A DNA stretch of 64,000 nt from Thermoplasmatota archaeon (GTDB lineage Archaea > Thermoplasmatota > E2 > JACPAO01 > JAHFTW01). A program made the translations under genes and the position numbers. Position 1 is the stretch's first letter. Each line of letters opens with the position of its first letter. Below the pieces are notes generated by a model, which was given only the letters and a program-made list of their open reading frames with translations, did not search any database and had not been told where the DNA came from. The stretch covers positions 125,196 to 189,195 of the forward strand of contig JBBSVM010000002.1 in the NCBI GenBank assembly GCA_038046785.1, in the 5' to 3' direction. Of the stretch, positions 1-9,597 are shown in pieces.

Positions 1-2
1 CG

Positions 3-323
3 AAATCGTTCCGGGACGAACATGCGGGGCTCACCGAGGTCGGCGCCGTTGTGCTTGGCGTCAGCCTCGACTCGATGGAGAGCCACTGTGAGTTCCGCGA
101 CCGGCACCAGCTTCCGTTCAAGCTGCTCTCCGACCCGGACGGCCGCATTCACGATCTGTACGGCATTTTCTGGACCTCTCTGTTCGGGAAAACGTCGCTC
201 GCGGTGCGGCGCACAACCTTCCTCATCGACGCGCACGGCGTGATTCAGTTGGCGCACAGCGGGCTCAATCCGGTCACGCACGTGACGCGTGCGCTCGAAG
301 AACTCGCCGCCCTCCGGTCGTAG
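3..323 (+). CDS. bcp: Peroxiredoxin, Bcp/PrxQ family (5'-truncated)
   Basis: Open frame from the window edge: FRD...VLGVSLDS.ESH..F.....LPF.LLSD.DG....YG and RTTFLID..G.I; the peroxidatic Cys lies outside the window. Confidence 0.85.
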   Translation, partial: KSFRDEHAGLTEVGAVVLGVSLDSMESHCEFRDRHQLPFKLLSDPDGRIHDLYGIFWTSLFGKTSLAVRRTTFLIDAHGVIQLAHSGLNPVTHVTRALEELAALRS

Positions 324-336
324 CGGCCTCTGCGGG

Positions 337-1230
337 TCAACCGGGAGCGTTGCGGTCGAGCGTGTCGTGGAAGTCGCCCAGCAAACGCGCCGCTTCGGGT
401 CCCGCTTGGCGCCGCACTTCGGTCGCCAATCCGGCTTGCAGGTCCGCAACCCGGCTTGCCGTCAAGGCGACCTGGTTGTGGGCGAGCGCCAATGGGTAGG
501 GATAGCCGCAATAGACGGCGTCGTTCGAGAGTGGGAGAAGTCGCCCGATGGCGTCGAGCGAAGGGGCATCGACTCGGAACGGGCAGGGCGCCGACCCGTG
601 CAGCCGTGCCACCCAAGTCCCTTCGCGATCCGGGACGGCGACCGCCCACGCGCTTTGCGGTCCATCGCGGCCAAGCGCTGCAACGAGGGGCATTCCAGAC
701 CCGATGCCGCTGCGTTTGGCGACCGCGATGAGATCAACACCCGCCTTGGCCGCTTCTTCGAAGAGTCGGTTCGCCATCCGTTGTGGTCCCTCGGGCAGGT
801 CACGCAGAGCGCCATCCACAAGAACGAGACCACCCCGACCGGCTCGGCTGATGGCCGCAAGCGAACACTCCCATTCCAGGAGGCTGCGCAGAGCGTCGGC
901 GAACTGCTCTGCGGTGCGCGCGCGCGGTGTCTCCAAGCCGTACCCGTCTGAATAACGCGCACGGAGGAGGCCCTCCGCATCGTTTGGAGTGGTCGCGGTG
1001 ATGGTGGCAGGGACCTCGATGGGGCGGGGTCCCGGCCAATCGATGAGGAGAGCGCGGTGTGCGACCACCCAGATGGCGCCGTTGTCCACCAACACCGCCG
1101 ACGAACCGTCCACGGCGAGGGTCGGGCCGGGCGGTCGGGCCGCGAGCGGCTCGTAGCGTGGAGCAAACGGCAGTGGACGCCGTGCGGCCTCCGCCAACGC
1201 CCGTGCCGCCCCCTCGAATTGCGACCGCAC
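337..1230 (-). CDS. NurA-family nuclease
   Basis: LAVDGSS, LVLVDGAL, IAVAKRS and GYPYPLALAH motifs typical of NurA; start set at GTG 1230 because the longer ORF overlaps the divergent gene. Confidence 0.8.
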   Translation of the reverse strand: MRSQFEGAARALAEAARRPLPFAPRYEPLAARPPGPTLAVDGSSAVLVDNGAIWVVAHRALLIDWPGPRPIEVPATITATTPNDAEGLLRARYSDGYGLETPRARTAEQFADALRSLLEWECSLAAISRAGRGGLVLVDGALRDLPEGPQRMANRLFEEAAKAGVDLIAVAKRSGIGSGMPLVAALGRDGPQSAWAVAVPDREGTWVARLHGSAPCPFRVDAPSLDAIGRLLPLSNDAVYCGYPYPLALAHNQVALTASRVADLQAGLATEVRRQAGPEAARLLGDFHDTLDRNAPG

Positions 1231-1320
1231 AATCCCGTGAGGCGGCGCCGGCTTTCCACCTTTGCGGCGGGGGCGCAAAAGGCAACCCTCATCAGCCGGG
1301 CGGCGGCATGGGCGGATGGG

Positions 1321-2529
1321 ATGGCGATGCGCGAGCTGGTCGAACGGTTGGCCCAGGCGTTCGAGCGCGCCGGCTGGACCATCTCCCTCGACACCGAATT
1401 GGAGGGCAAGAGCGGCCAGGTCCACGCCGTCCCCCTTCTCGCCGAATGGGATGGCCAAGCCATCGTCCTCGACGCGATCGAATCGGCGACCCTTGAAATG
1501 GAACAGGTCGAAGCGTTTGCCGCCGCCGTCACCGACGCGGGGGCCGACCGCGGCATCCTCGCCCATGCCGGAACCGGTCGCCCCCACTTCGGCCCCGTCG
1601 TCGTCTGGGACCGCGCCACCCTCACGCAACTCCTTGGCGAACTCGCCCTGAGCGATGCGGTGGGTGGCTCCGTCGTCCTCCCCCTCGACCCGGACGAGCC
1701 AGCCGAGCGGGCAGATGTCCCAGTTGCGGCCGAGCCTGAGCAGTTCACAATGCCGCCCGCGTTCTTGGAACCGGAGAGCCCGCTCCCGCCGCCTCCCCCG
1801 CCCCCGCCGCGTACCGCGCCGCCGGCACCGACCGGCCCGTTCGGGTCACTCCTCGCCTCGCTTCCAGCGCAGCCTGCTCCAGCCGTCCCTTACGCTCCGG
1901 TCGCGCCCCGCGTCGCGGCCGCCCCCGCCTTCACCCCGTTTGCGATGGGTCGCGCCATGATGCCGGTGCGGCTCCTTGTTCCAGAGGCCCAGGCGCGCGT
2001 GGCGGAACGGCTCTTCGGCGTGGAGCGCGTCGAACTCATCCTGCAACCGGTGCACCTCTTCGACTACGAGGTGGACCAGCTCAAGGAGGGCTCCCTCGCC
2101 TACGACACGCTGGAGGGGCAGTTCCAGGTGAACGCTTCCGACAAGGCGGCGCGCGACACCGACCCGGACCTCACCAACCCGAACGCCCCGACACGGCTTC
2201 CTGCAAGCCACGGTCACGCCATCACGGAGCGCGTCGTGCGCGTCACCCCGGAACGCGCCCAGGAGTTGGCGTGGCAGTTCGTCGCCAAAAAGCACACCCG
2301 CGTCGTCGAGCAACGCGTGCACGACTCGCGCAACAGCCTCTACTACTCCGAGCGCAAGAAAGTGGAGCCGACGCGCGACCAGGTGCGCATCACGCCGCTT
2401 GGCGTCGTTCTCCGACCCGTGTGGCGCCTCTGGGGCGGCAACGGCCATGTGGATGTGGATGCCGTGGACGGAACCATCGGCTGGGCCGAGACCGTGCGCG
2501 GCCACAGCGACGCGATGGTCCTGGACTAA
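1321..2529 (+). CDS. Mrr-like restriction-endonuclease-fold domain (catalytic residues degenerate) + Pro-rich linker + C-terminal domain
   Basis: N-terminus LAQAFERAGW...LEGKSGQVH...GADRGIL resembles archaeal Mrr_cat domains; poly-Pro linker; strong coding codon bias. Confidence 0.6.
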   Translation: MAMRELVERLAQAFERAGWTISLDTELEGKSGQVHAVPLLAEWDGQAIVLDAIESATLEMEQVEAFAAAVTDAGADRGILAHAGTGRPHFGPVVVWDRATLTQLLGELALSDAVGGSVVLPLDPDEPAERADVPVAAEPEQFTMPPAFLEPESPLPPPPPPPPRTAPPAPTGPFGSLLASLPAQPAPAVPYAPVAPRVAAAPAFTPFAMGRAMMPVRLLVPEAQARVAERLFGVERVELILQPVHLFDYEVDQLKEGSLAYDTLEGQFQVNASDKAARDTDPDLTNPNAPTRLPASHGHAITERVVRVTPERAQELAWQFVAKKHTRVVEQRVHDSRNSLYYSERKKVEPTRDQVRITPLGVVLRPVWRLWGGNGHVDVDAVDGTIGWAETVRGHSDAMVLD

Positions 2530-2545
2530 GGTCGGGCTGCTTGGC

Positions 2546-3181
2546 CTACGGCCGGAACGTCCAGAGCGCCCCTTTGCCCGCAGCCTGGACATTCTCGACG
2601 TGCAGACGCCGACCAATCGACGAGGGTCGCCCATCAAACAAACTCGGGCCGTTTCCGCCAACAAGGACGGGGGCGACGTAGAGCGTCCAGCGGTCCACAT
2701 AGTCGGTGTCCAAGAAAGACCGCAGGACGGTGCTGCCTCCCTCTACCAGTAGCCTCCGGACGCCGCGTTCGTACAGCAGGTTGAGGAGGGCGCCGAGGTC
2801 GAGGTGCCCGTCGGCGCCGAGGGGGACCGTGGCGTGCTGCGCCTTGGCCCACTTGGCCTGCACGCCTGGTGCAGTGACAATGAGACTTGGTTTGTAGCCG
2901 TCCACGGCGCGGGCGTTCTTGGGGGTCCGGCCTTTGGAGTCGAGGATGACGCGCAGCAGGTGGCGCGTCGGGCTCACCGGGGCGAAGGCGTCCTTGATGG
3001 TGAGGCTCGGGTTGTCCGCGAGGATGGTTCCGACTCCGACCAGGATGGCGTCCACTTCGCTGCGCATGCGATGGACACGGTGCCAATCGGCATCGTCGCT
3101 GAACACCATGGGCGAGCGGTCGGGGGCCGCCAACTTGCCATCGAGACTTGCGGCGCAGTTCAGCCAGACGGTCGGACGCAT
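2546..3181 (-). CDS. RibD_C-family reductase (2,5-diamino-6-ribosylamino-pyrimidinone 5'-phosphate reductase-like)
   Basis: AASLDGKLA, DAILVGVGTILADNPSLT, RVILDS, LLVEGGS motifs. Confidence 0.9.
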   Translation of the reverse strand: MRPTVWLNCAASLDGKLAAPDRSPMVFSDDADWHRVHRMRSEVDAILVGVGTILADNPSLTIKDAFAPVSPTRHLLRVILDSKGRTPKNARAVDGYKPSLIVTAPGVQAKWAKAQHATVPLGADGHLDLGALLNLLYERGVRRLLVEGGSTVLRSFLDTDYVDRWTLYVAPVLVGGNGPSLFDGRPSSIGRRLHVENVQAAGKGALWTFRP

Positions 3182-3228
3182 GGCCCCCGCATGGCGAGCT
3201 TGTTTAACAAAGGGTCCGTCGCCGTCGC

Positions 3229-4053
3229 GTGGACACGACCGCCCCAAGTGCAGCGCCGCCCTCGCCTCCCGCGGCGACGCGCCCCGCCCCGCCTCGGCTC
3301 ACGCTGATTGGCGCTGGCCACGTCTTTGCCATCCAGGACATTCTGCGCGATGCGGTGGTGGCGATGCGGCCCGACGTCGTCTGTCTCGAGTTGGACGCAG
3401 GTCGGCTCAACGCCCTTCTTGCCAAGGCGCGCGGTGAGACCCTCCCGCCGCCGCAAGGTTTCGTGTACAAACGGCTCGCCGCGTTCCAGGAGGGGGTTGC
3501 CGCCTCGTACGGTGCCGGCGTCGGCACGGAGATGCTGGGGTCCCTCCAGGGCGCACAAGCGGTGGGCGCCCGCGTCGCCCTCATCGACGACGCCGCAGAC
3601 GGGCTGGTGCGACGCGCTCTCCAGGAGATTACCTGGCGTGAACGGCTGCGCGCGGTCGGACTCGCAGTCGGCTCCGCATTCAAAGCGCTCAAACCGCGCC
3701 GCGACGCCAAAGCGGAGGTGGAGGCCGAGCTGGCGCGCTACCAGGAGAATCCCGCCCTGGTGCTTGGCGAGCTGAAGGGGACATTCCCGACGCTCCACCG
3801 CATCCTCATCGCCGAGCGCGACGAGCGCATGGCGACGCGCATCCGCAAGGTCCTCGCCGAAGCCAAGAACGTCGTCGCCGTGGTGGGCGACGGCCACGTC
3901 GGCGGATTGCTCGAGCGGCTGGGTGACCTCAAACCCACGGTCTATCGGCTCGCCGATGTGCGCGAGGGGCGGCTGCCGCGCGGCTTGGTTGCCACAGGAT
4001 CGTCGGAGCGCGTTGGCTTCTCGTTCACCGTGGGCAGCGGCCCGCAAAGCTGA
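3229..4053 (+). CDS. TraB/GumN family protein
   Basis: LIGAGHV, PDVVCLELD..R, G.EM, LIAERDERMA, VAVVG.GH motifs. Confidence 0.85.
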   Translation: MDTTAPSAAPPSPPAATRPAPPRLTLIGAGHVFAIQDILRDAVVAMRPDVVCLELDAGRLNALLAKARGETLPPPQGFVYKRLAAFQEGVAASYGAGVGTEMLGSLQGAQAVGARVALIDDAADGLVRRALQEITWRERLRAVGLAVGSAFKALKPRRDAKAEVEAELARYQENPALVLGELKGTFPTLHRILIAERDERMATRIRKVLAEAKNVVAVVGDGHVGGLLERLGDLKPTVYRLADVREGRLPRGLVATGSSERVGFSFTVGSGPQS

Positions 4054-4078
4054 AGCCTGGCCTGAACCGTGGCGTGTT

Positions 4079-5368
4079 GTGCGCGGAGTGGCGTTTGGGC
4101 TCGTTGCGATGTTCATCCTGGCTGGATGCCTTGCGAGCGGGCCAGACGCCGATCGCGACGGTTTGGCCGACGAGGAAGAACGCCGAGCAAAACTCAATCC
4201 CAGCAACGCCGACAGCGACGGCGACGGAATCGAGGACGGAACTGAGCAGGACGAAGGGACCGACCCGAACGCGAGCGACAGCGACGGGGACGGCCTGGAC
4301 GACGGCACCGAGCAAGAAGAGGGGACCGACCCGAACGAGAGCGATTCCGACGGCGACGGCTCCGACGACGGCGCCGAGGTGGAAGCGCAATCCAACCCCA
4401 ATGATGCCTCCAGCGCACCGCCCTACAAACTCCCGAACGTTCCCGCTGTGGATGGCGTCAAGCTCGTCGCCGGATTGGAGGCCTTCGCGGCCGCCCACAA
4501 CGTGCGCTCCAACAACGGTCCCGACCACGTCGCGGCGCGGGACACCATCGCGTCCGCTTTCCGCAAGGCTGGGCTTGAGGTCTGGTTGCACAATTTCACC
4601 AACGGCATCGAGCAGCAGAACGTCGTCGGCATCCGCTGGGGACTGGACCGCGACCGCTGGGTCGTGGTCGCCGGCCACTACGACACGACGACGACGCTGG
4701 GCGTGGACCAGAGCTTGAGCGAGGGCATCTACGACGACGGCTCCGGCACCTGGATGACAGTGCATCTTGCGCAAGCGTACGCCAACCTGACGATGCCGCT
4801 GACCCTCGTCTTCGTCGCCTTCGACGGCGAGGAGCGCGGCCTGGAAGGCTCGGGCGCTTTCGCGGAGGCGGTTCTCACCGGTGCGACGCCCTATCCCACT
4901 GCGACGGTGGCTGGGGTGGTGGACTTGGACATGATTGGCCTCAACTGGCCCGGCATTCAGGCCCCCATCGTCTTCGTCGCCAACACGTTGGTTCTGCGTG
5001 AGCCCATCGAGGCGGCCAAAGCCGAACTTGCAATCCCGAACGATATGGTGCGCTACGACACCGGCATTGCCCTTGGCAGCAGCGACTACGCCAACTTCTT
5101 TGCCCACTCCATCCCGACCGGATTCTTCTCCAGCGACTTCGAGTACGTCGCTGCCCCGTTCGCCCCCGCACCTGTGCCCACCACCCCCGGCCTTGGCATC
5201 TATCCGTTCTGGCACCTTGCGGACACCATGGAGACGATGACGGCGATGGCGGGCACCCGGGCCAACCTCGAAGCGGGTTTCGGCACCGCAGCGGCTGTCG
5301 CCGCTCGCCTCACCCACTGGCTCGCCTCTGATTTGGGCCCCGATGAGGCCGGCACCTCCGCGGTCTGA
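4079..5368 (+). CDS. M28 metallopeptidase lipoprotein with thrombospondin-type-3-like Ca-binding repeats
   Basis: LAGC lipobox; four D.DGDG..D..E repeats; Zn ligands GHYD, DDGSG, GEERG, DLDM, FWH. Confidence 0.85.
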   Translation: MRGVAFGLVAMFILAGCLASGPDADRDGLADEEERRAKLNPSNADSDGDGIEDGTEQDEGTDPNASDSDGDGLDDGTEQEEGTDPNESDSDGDGSDDGAEVEAQSNPNDASSAPPYKLPNVPAVDGVKLVAGLEAFAAAHNVRSNNGPDHVAARDTIASAFRKAGLEVWLHNFTNGIEQQNVVGIRWGLDRDRWVVVAGHYDTTTTLGVDQSLSEGIYDDGSGTWMTVHLAQAYANLTMPLTLVFVAFDGEERGLEGSGAFAEAVLTGATPYPTATVAGVVDLDMIGLNWPGIQAPIVFVANTLVLREPIEAAKAELAIPNDMVRYDTGIALGSSDYANFFAHSIPTGFFSSDFEYVAAPFAPAPVPTTPGLGIYPFWHLADTMETMTAMAGTRANLEAGFGTAAAVAARLTHWLASDLGPDEAGTSAV

Positions 5369-5409
5369 GCACCGCAATCCTGATGTTGGCGTCCGGGTGG
5401 CCACGGTCC

Positions 5410-6462
5410 ATGCGCACCGCACTTGTCCTCCTGGCCATCGTCCTGGCTGGCTGCATGCAGACCGCCGCGACGACGGAGGAATCCCTTGTCTCGTTCCCCG
5501 CGGCACCTCTCGACGTCGACGCCGCCACAGTCGTGGACGAACTGCGCGTCTTCTCCGCCGCCCACCCGCTGCGCGTCGGCAACAGCGCCGACCACGAAGC
5601 GGCTCGCGTGGACCTTCTTGCGCGCTTTGCCGACTTGGGACTCACCACCTGGCGTCACGACTTCACGCCCGATGGCGATGGTCAACTGCCGCAAGCCAAC
5701 ATCGTTGGTCTGCAATGGGGCACCACCCACCCCGACGAGTGGGTCGTCGTCGGCGGCCATTACGATGTCGTCCCGACTCCCTCCTGCCCCGCCGCCCTCC
5801 CCGTCTGCCCCGAACAGGTGAACACACAGGGAACCTACGACGACGGCTCCGGAACCATGCTCACCGTCGGCCTCGCCGCTGCGTACAGCAAGGTCGAGAC
5901 GCCCTTCACCATCGCCTACGTCGCGTTCGACGGCGAGGAGCGCGGCCTGCAGGGCTCGCGCGCCTTTGCCGAGATGCTGGTGAGCGGAACCCCGTACGGC
6001 AACGTCACGGTGCGCGCCATGCTCGACCTCGACATGTTCGGCCTCAACTGGCCCGGCGTGGACTCCCCCATTTACTTCGATGACAACTCGCCCGAACTGA
6101 AGGCGTACGTCAAGGACGTCGCGGCCGCCATCGGCATCCCGGACGGCCTCATCCTCTACCAGGGCATCAGCCTCGGCCGCAGCGACTACGACTCGTTCTT
6201 CCAGATTGGCGCTCCGACCGGGTTCTTCATCAGCGACTTCGAACGCTTCCAGGCCCCCGCCGACGTCCCCGTCCAGGCGCCGCAGGAATCGGGCCAGGCG
6301 TACCCGTTCTGGCACCGCTACGACACCTACGATTCCATGGTGTTGATGGCGGGCTCCGAAGCGGACGTCGTGGCGGGCTTTCAGACGGCGGCCGACCTCG
6401 CGTCTGCGGTGCTCTGGCGCATGGCCGTGAGCGAAGAGCCACTCAGCTCCATCGACGTGTAG
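5410..6462 (+). CDS. M28 metallopeptidase lipoprotein (paralog)
   Basis: LAGC lipobox; GHYD, DDGSG, FDGEERGL.GS, DLDM, SDY, PFWH. Confidence 0.87.
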   Translation: MRTALVLLAIVLAGCMQTAATTEESLVSFPAAPLDVDAATVVDELRVFSAAHPLRVGNSADHEAARVDLLARFADLGLTTWRHDFTPDGDGQLPQANIVGLQWGTTHPDEWVVVGGHYDVVPTPSCPAALPVCPEQVNTQGTYDDGSGTMLTVGLAAAYSKVETPFTIAYVAFDGEERGLQGSRAFAEMLVSGTPYGNVTVRAMLDLDMFGLNWPGVDSPIYFDDNSPELKAYVKDVAAAIGIPDGLILYQGISLGRSDYDSFFQIGAPTGFFISDFERFQAPADVPVQAPQESGQAYPFWHRYDTYDSMVLMAGSEADVVAGFQTAADLASAVLWRMAVSEEPLSSIDV

Positions 6463-6474
6463 CGCAGTTGCGCT

Positions 6475-6678
6475 CTACCGCTGCTCCATCTCGCGCAGCG
6501 TCTCGATGACCTCGGCCAGGTAGGTGAGCGCCTGCTGGGCGTGCTGGATTTTCTCCCGCACCGCCCCCGCCTCCTGCGCCCACTGCAGGAGGATGCGAAC
6601 ATCCTCGATGTTCTTGTTGACGGTGAGCTTGAGCGAGTCCTCGTAGAGCTTGTTGGAGCCTTCGAAGGGACTGGGCAT
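6475..6678 (-). CDS. Hypothetical protein (67 aa, helical)
   Basis: ATG start, typical codon usage, fills the gap between the peptidase and the tRNA. Confidence 0.6.
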   Translation of the reverse strand: MPSPFEGSNKLYEDSLKLTVNKNIEDVRILLQWAQEAGAVREKIQHAQQALTYLAEVIETLREMEQR

Positions 6679-6718
6679 AGGCCCGTGGAGTCGAAGACGG
6701 GACTTGAAGCGTTGGAAG

Positions 6719-6793
6719 CGCGCCTGGTGAGATTTGAACTCACGACACCGGCCTTAGGAGGGCCGTCCCTTATCCAAGCTAGAGTACAGGCGC
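6719..6793 (-). tRNA. tRNA-Arg (anticodon CCT), no intron, CCA not encoded
   Basis: Cloverleaf: GCGCCTG/CAGGCGC acceptor stem, CGGCC-CTCCTAA-GGCCG anticodon arm, GTGAG-TTCAAAT-CTCAC T arm, discriminator G. Confidence 0.96.
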
Positions 6794-6867
6794 AGTGGGT
6801 CGCGCGACACGGCTCTCGGGCATGAGGGTTTGGGCGGCCTTATGCCGTTGCGCCCCCTGTCGCCGTC

Positions 6868-8607
6868 GTGCGCTGGCTGCTCGCCCTGGCCCTGCTGGCT
6901 CCCGTCGCCGCCGCGTCACCCACCCTCGTCGGCGTCGTTCCCGACCTGCCCGGCGCCCTGCCGGGTGACGAAGGGTTCGCGGTGGGCTGCCCACAGGCGT
7001 GCGATCTTTCAGGATGGGCGGTCACGGATGGCGAAGGGCGTTGGAGTTTCCCGAACGGAACGCAGTTCGCGGCGGGCGCAACCGTCTGGGTGGCGGGCGA
7101 TGCAGCAACCTGGGCCACCTTCGACGGGCCAAGCGCCCTTGCCCTCTCGGCGGGACGCATGACGGGGGAGTTCCGCCTCGCCAACGACGGAGACTCGCTT
7201 CAGCTCCTCGACCCATCCGGCCGTGCCGTGGATGCCTACGCGTGGGGCGACAAGCAGGTTGCCGGCATCGACCGACCCATCGCGCGCACCTCCCCAGGAC
7301 TCGTCCACACCCGCGACCGTGCTGCGGGCAGCTGGGTGGACACCGACCGGGCCGCCGATTGGGTGACACCGCGTGAACACCGCATCGGCGAGACCCGCCT
7401 CGACCAGCCCATCTTCCAGGTTGAGCGCATCACACTCTACGCTTCCCCCGATTCCAGCTTCGCCATCCTCATCGACCTCATCGGCGCCACGACAGAGAGG
7501 CTGCATCTCCACGTCTACGAATTGCGTTCCGCCGCCCTCGTCGATGCCTTGGTCGCCGCGAAACAGGCACACCCGAACCTCGACCTGCAGGTGCTCGTCG
7601 ACGCAAATCCAGTTGGGCAGACCGCTTCCGAGCGACACGCCACCGCCGATGCCCTGCGCCGCGTCGAGGCGGCGGGAGGCAAGGCGTGGCTGGTGGGTAA
7701 CGGTCGCTACGACGATTGGCACCAGAAGGTCCTGGTTGCCGACGACGCCGTTGCCGTGCAGTCGGAGAACTGGGTCGATTCCGGTGTCCCGCAGGACCCC
7801 AGCACCGGCAACCGCGGCTGGGGCGCTATCCTGCACGACCGCGCTTCCGCCGAATGGTTTGCCGCCTGGATGGGGGCCGACCGGGCCGCCTGGGATGTGG
7901 CACCGTTCGACCTCGCAACGTTTGACCCGCTGTTTTCTGGATGGGACCGCCCCGCAGCACCTCACACCGGCTCCTACGGCCCTACCGTGCCCGCAACCAC
8001 GCTCGTCGGTCCGTTCAAGGTGACGCCGCTCATCGCGCCGGACCACACGGCCGATCCGCGCCGCGACGCGGTCGTCGACCTCCTTGCCCGCGCAACGGTT
8101 CAAGTCGAGGCACAGCAACTTGACTTTTCCATCACGGCGCGCAACACGCTTGGCTGGTCCAGCCCCGACCCACTGCTTGCGGGCCTGCAAGCGGCCTCGG
8201 AGCGCGGTGTCGCAGTGCGGGCGCAGGCGGCCGCGCCCTTCGCCGCCGACGACACCGGCAACGCGGAAGCGCTCGAGGAGCTGGCCCGTTTCGGCGTCGC
8301 CACCGCAACCCTCGAACGGCCCGGCCTTCCAACGCTGCACAACAAAGGACTCCTGGTGGACGACGCCGTGCTGCTCGGCTCCATGAACGGCAACCACCAC
8401 AGCCGCAGCGAGAACCGGGAGGTGGACCTCCTCATCGAAGGCCCGGGCGCCGCCGCGTATTTCCGCGCCCTCTTCGACGGCGACTGGCGGGGGGACGAGT
8501 CACCGCGCGACGTCGGCGCCATCGGACGGGACCTCCGTGGCATCCCCGCCCCCTTGCCAATCCTTTTTGTTGCCTTGGCCGTCGTTCTCTGGGTTCGCAA
8601 GTGCTGA
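6868..8607 (+). CDS. Secreted phospholipase D-family protein with lamin-tail-like domain and C-terminal membrane anchor
   Basis: Signal peptide; DLSGW.VTD and LANDGD (LTD-like); two HKD motifs (HQKVLVAD, HNKGLLVD...GSMN); C-terminal TM helix followed by RK. Confidence 0.85.
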   Translation: MRWLLALALLAPVAAASPTLVGVVPDLPGALPGDEGFAVGCPQACDLSGWAVTDGEGRWSFPNGTQFAAGATVWVAGDAATWATFDGPSALALSAGRMTGEFRLANDGDSLQLLDPSGRAVDAYAWGDKQVAGIDRPIARTSPGLVHTRDRAAGSWVDTDRAADWVTPREHRIGETRLDQPIFQVERITLYASPDSSFAILIDLIGATTERLHLHVYELRSAALVDALVAAKQAHPNLDLQVLVDANPVGQTASERHATADALRRVEAAGGKAWLVGNGRYDDWHQKVLVADDAVAVQSENWVDSGVPQDPSTGNRGWGAILHDRASAEWFAAWMGADRAAWDVAPFDLATFDPLFSGWDRPAAPHTGSYGPTVPATTLVGPFKVTPLIAPDHTADPRRDAVVDLLARATVQVEAQQLDFSITARNTLGWSSPDPLLAGLQAASERGVAVRAQAAAPFAADDTGNAEALEELARFGVATATLERPGLPTLHNKGLLVDDAVLLGSMNGNHHSRSENREVDLLIEGPGAAAYFRALFDGDWRGDESPRDVGAIGRDLRGIPAPLPILFVALAVVLWVRKC

Positions 8608-9572
8608 GCAACCTCTCCCTCCTGGCAATTGCCCTCATCGTGGCGGCCATCGTGGCGGGCCTCAGCAACCGCGTCCTCGTCTCCGGCGCCCTCATCCTGG
8701 CAAACCTGGGCGTCTTCATCCTGTCTCTGTTTGGGTCTCAGGTCCCCGCCCTCGGATTCGAGGGCAGCGGTCTCTACCCGACCATTCAGGCGGAATTGGC
8801 GCTCGCCTCCCCCAACCTGGCGAACCTGGCGCCGCTTGGGTTCCTGCAACTCCTCACCAGCCTCTTCGTCCATTTCGACGGCTTCCACTTGCTTGGAAAC
8901 ATGCTGGTCCTGGTTGCCTTTGGCCTGCCGTTCGAGCAGCGCATCGGCAGCCGCCGCTTCCTCGCCATCTACCTCGCCGGCGGCCTCATCGCTTCCGTGG
9001 TCCAACTGACCACCACGTGGGGCGCTCCGACCTTGCTGATGGGGGCCTCGGGCTCCATCTTCGCCATCCTCGGCGCGTTCGCCATCCGCTACCCCAACCA
9101 GGTCATCGCGGTCCCCCTGCTCTTCGTGTTCCTGCCGATGCGCGTGGTGTTTGGCGCCATCGCGTACATCGCCTTCCAGGTCGTCTTCCTGGCGCTCTAC
9201 CAGGACGTCCCTGGCTTCGGCGGCACTGCCTACTACGCCCACATCGGCGGAGCGGCCGCTGGCATCGTGCTCGGTCTCGCCATCGTGCGTCCAGGCAAAG
9301 CGAAAGGGCCCGTGGCGGTGGACCTGCAGGCGCTTGTTCCGTTCGCCCGGGACGCTTCGACGAAAACGGTATGGGACCACATGGTGAAGAACCACGACGA
9401 GCCCGCGGTCTTCCAAGCGTGGCTCGACCGTTTCTTCCGCACCGCCACCTGCCCGACCTGCGGCCAGCGCGTCGCTCCGCGCGCCGCCGGGAAGGTGGTC
9501 TGCATGCAGAACCACAGTTTCGATGTCCGCAAGCCGACGCCCGCCCCTGCCGTCGCCGCCCGGCAAGGCTGA
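8601..9572 (+). CDS. Rhomboid intramembrane serine protease with C-terminal Zn-ribbon
   Basis: FVH....HLLGNM, GASG catalytic Ser, AHIGG catalytic His; CPTC...C...H tail. Confidence 0.9.
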   Translation: MLSNLSLLAIALIVAAIVAGLSNRVLVSGALILANLGVFILSLFGSQVPALGFEGSGLYPTIQAELALASPNLANLAPLGFLQLLTSLFVHFDGFHLLGNMLVLVAFGLPFEQRIGSRRFLAIYLAGGLIASVVQLTTTWGAPTLLMGASGSIFAILGAFAIRYPNQVIAVPLLFVFLPMRVVFGAIAYIAFQVVFLALYQDVPGFGGTAYYAHIGGAAAGIVLGLAIVRPGKAKGPVAVDLQALVPFARDASTKTVWDHMVKNHDEPAVFQAWLDRFFRTATCPTCGQRVAPRAAGKVVCMQNHSFDVRKPTPAPAVAARQG

Positions 9573-9597
9573 AAGTCGGGCAACTCCTCAACGGCGC

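Noticed and set aside
1057-1320. Upstream extensions given by the ORF track (also 15408-15971, 25034-25642, 35173-35343, 37272-38204)
   Set aside because: They overlap neighbouring genes and lack coding character; downstream starts fit domain boundaries and promoter spacing
4200-4400. ~60-bp tandem DNA repeats
   Set aside because: They encode the protein-level DSDGDG repeats of the peptidase and are not a separate DNA element
6719-6793. tRNA-Arg as an integration site of a mobile element
   Set aside because: No integrase and no duplicated tRNA 3' end seen in the window; flanking genes look chromosomal
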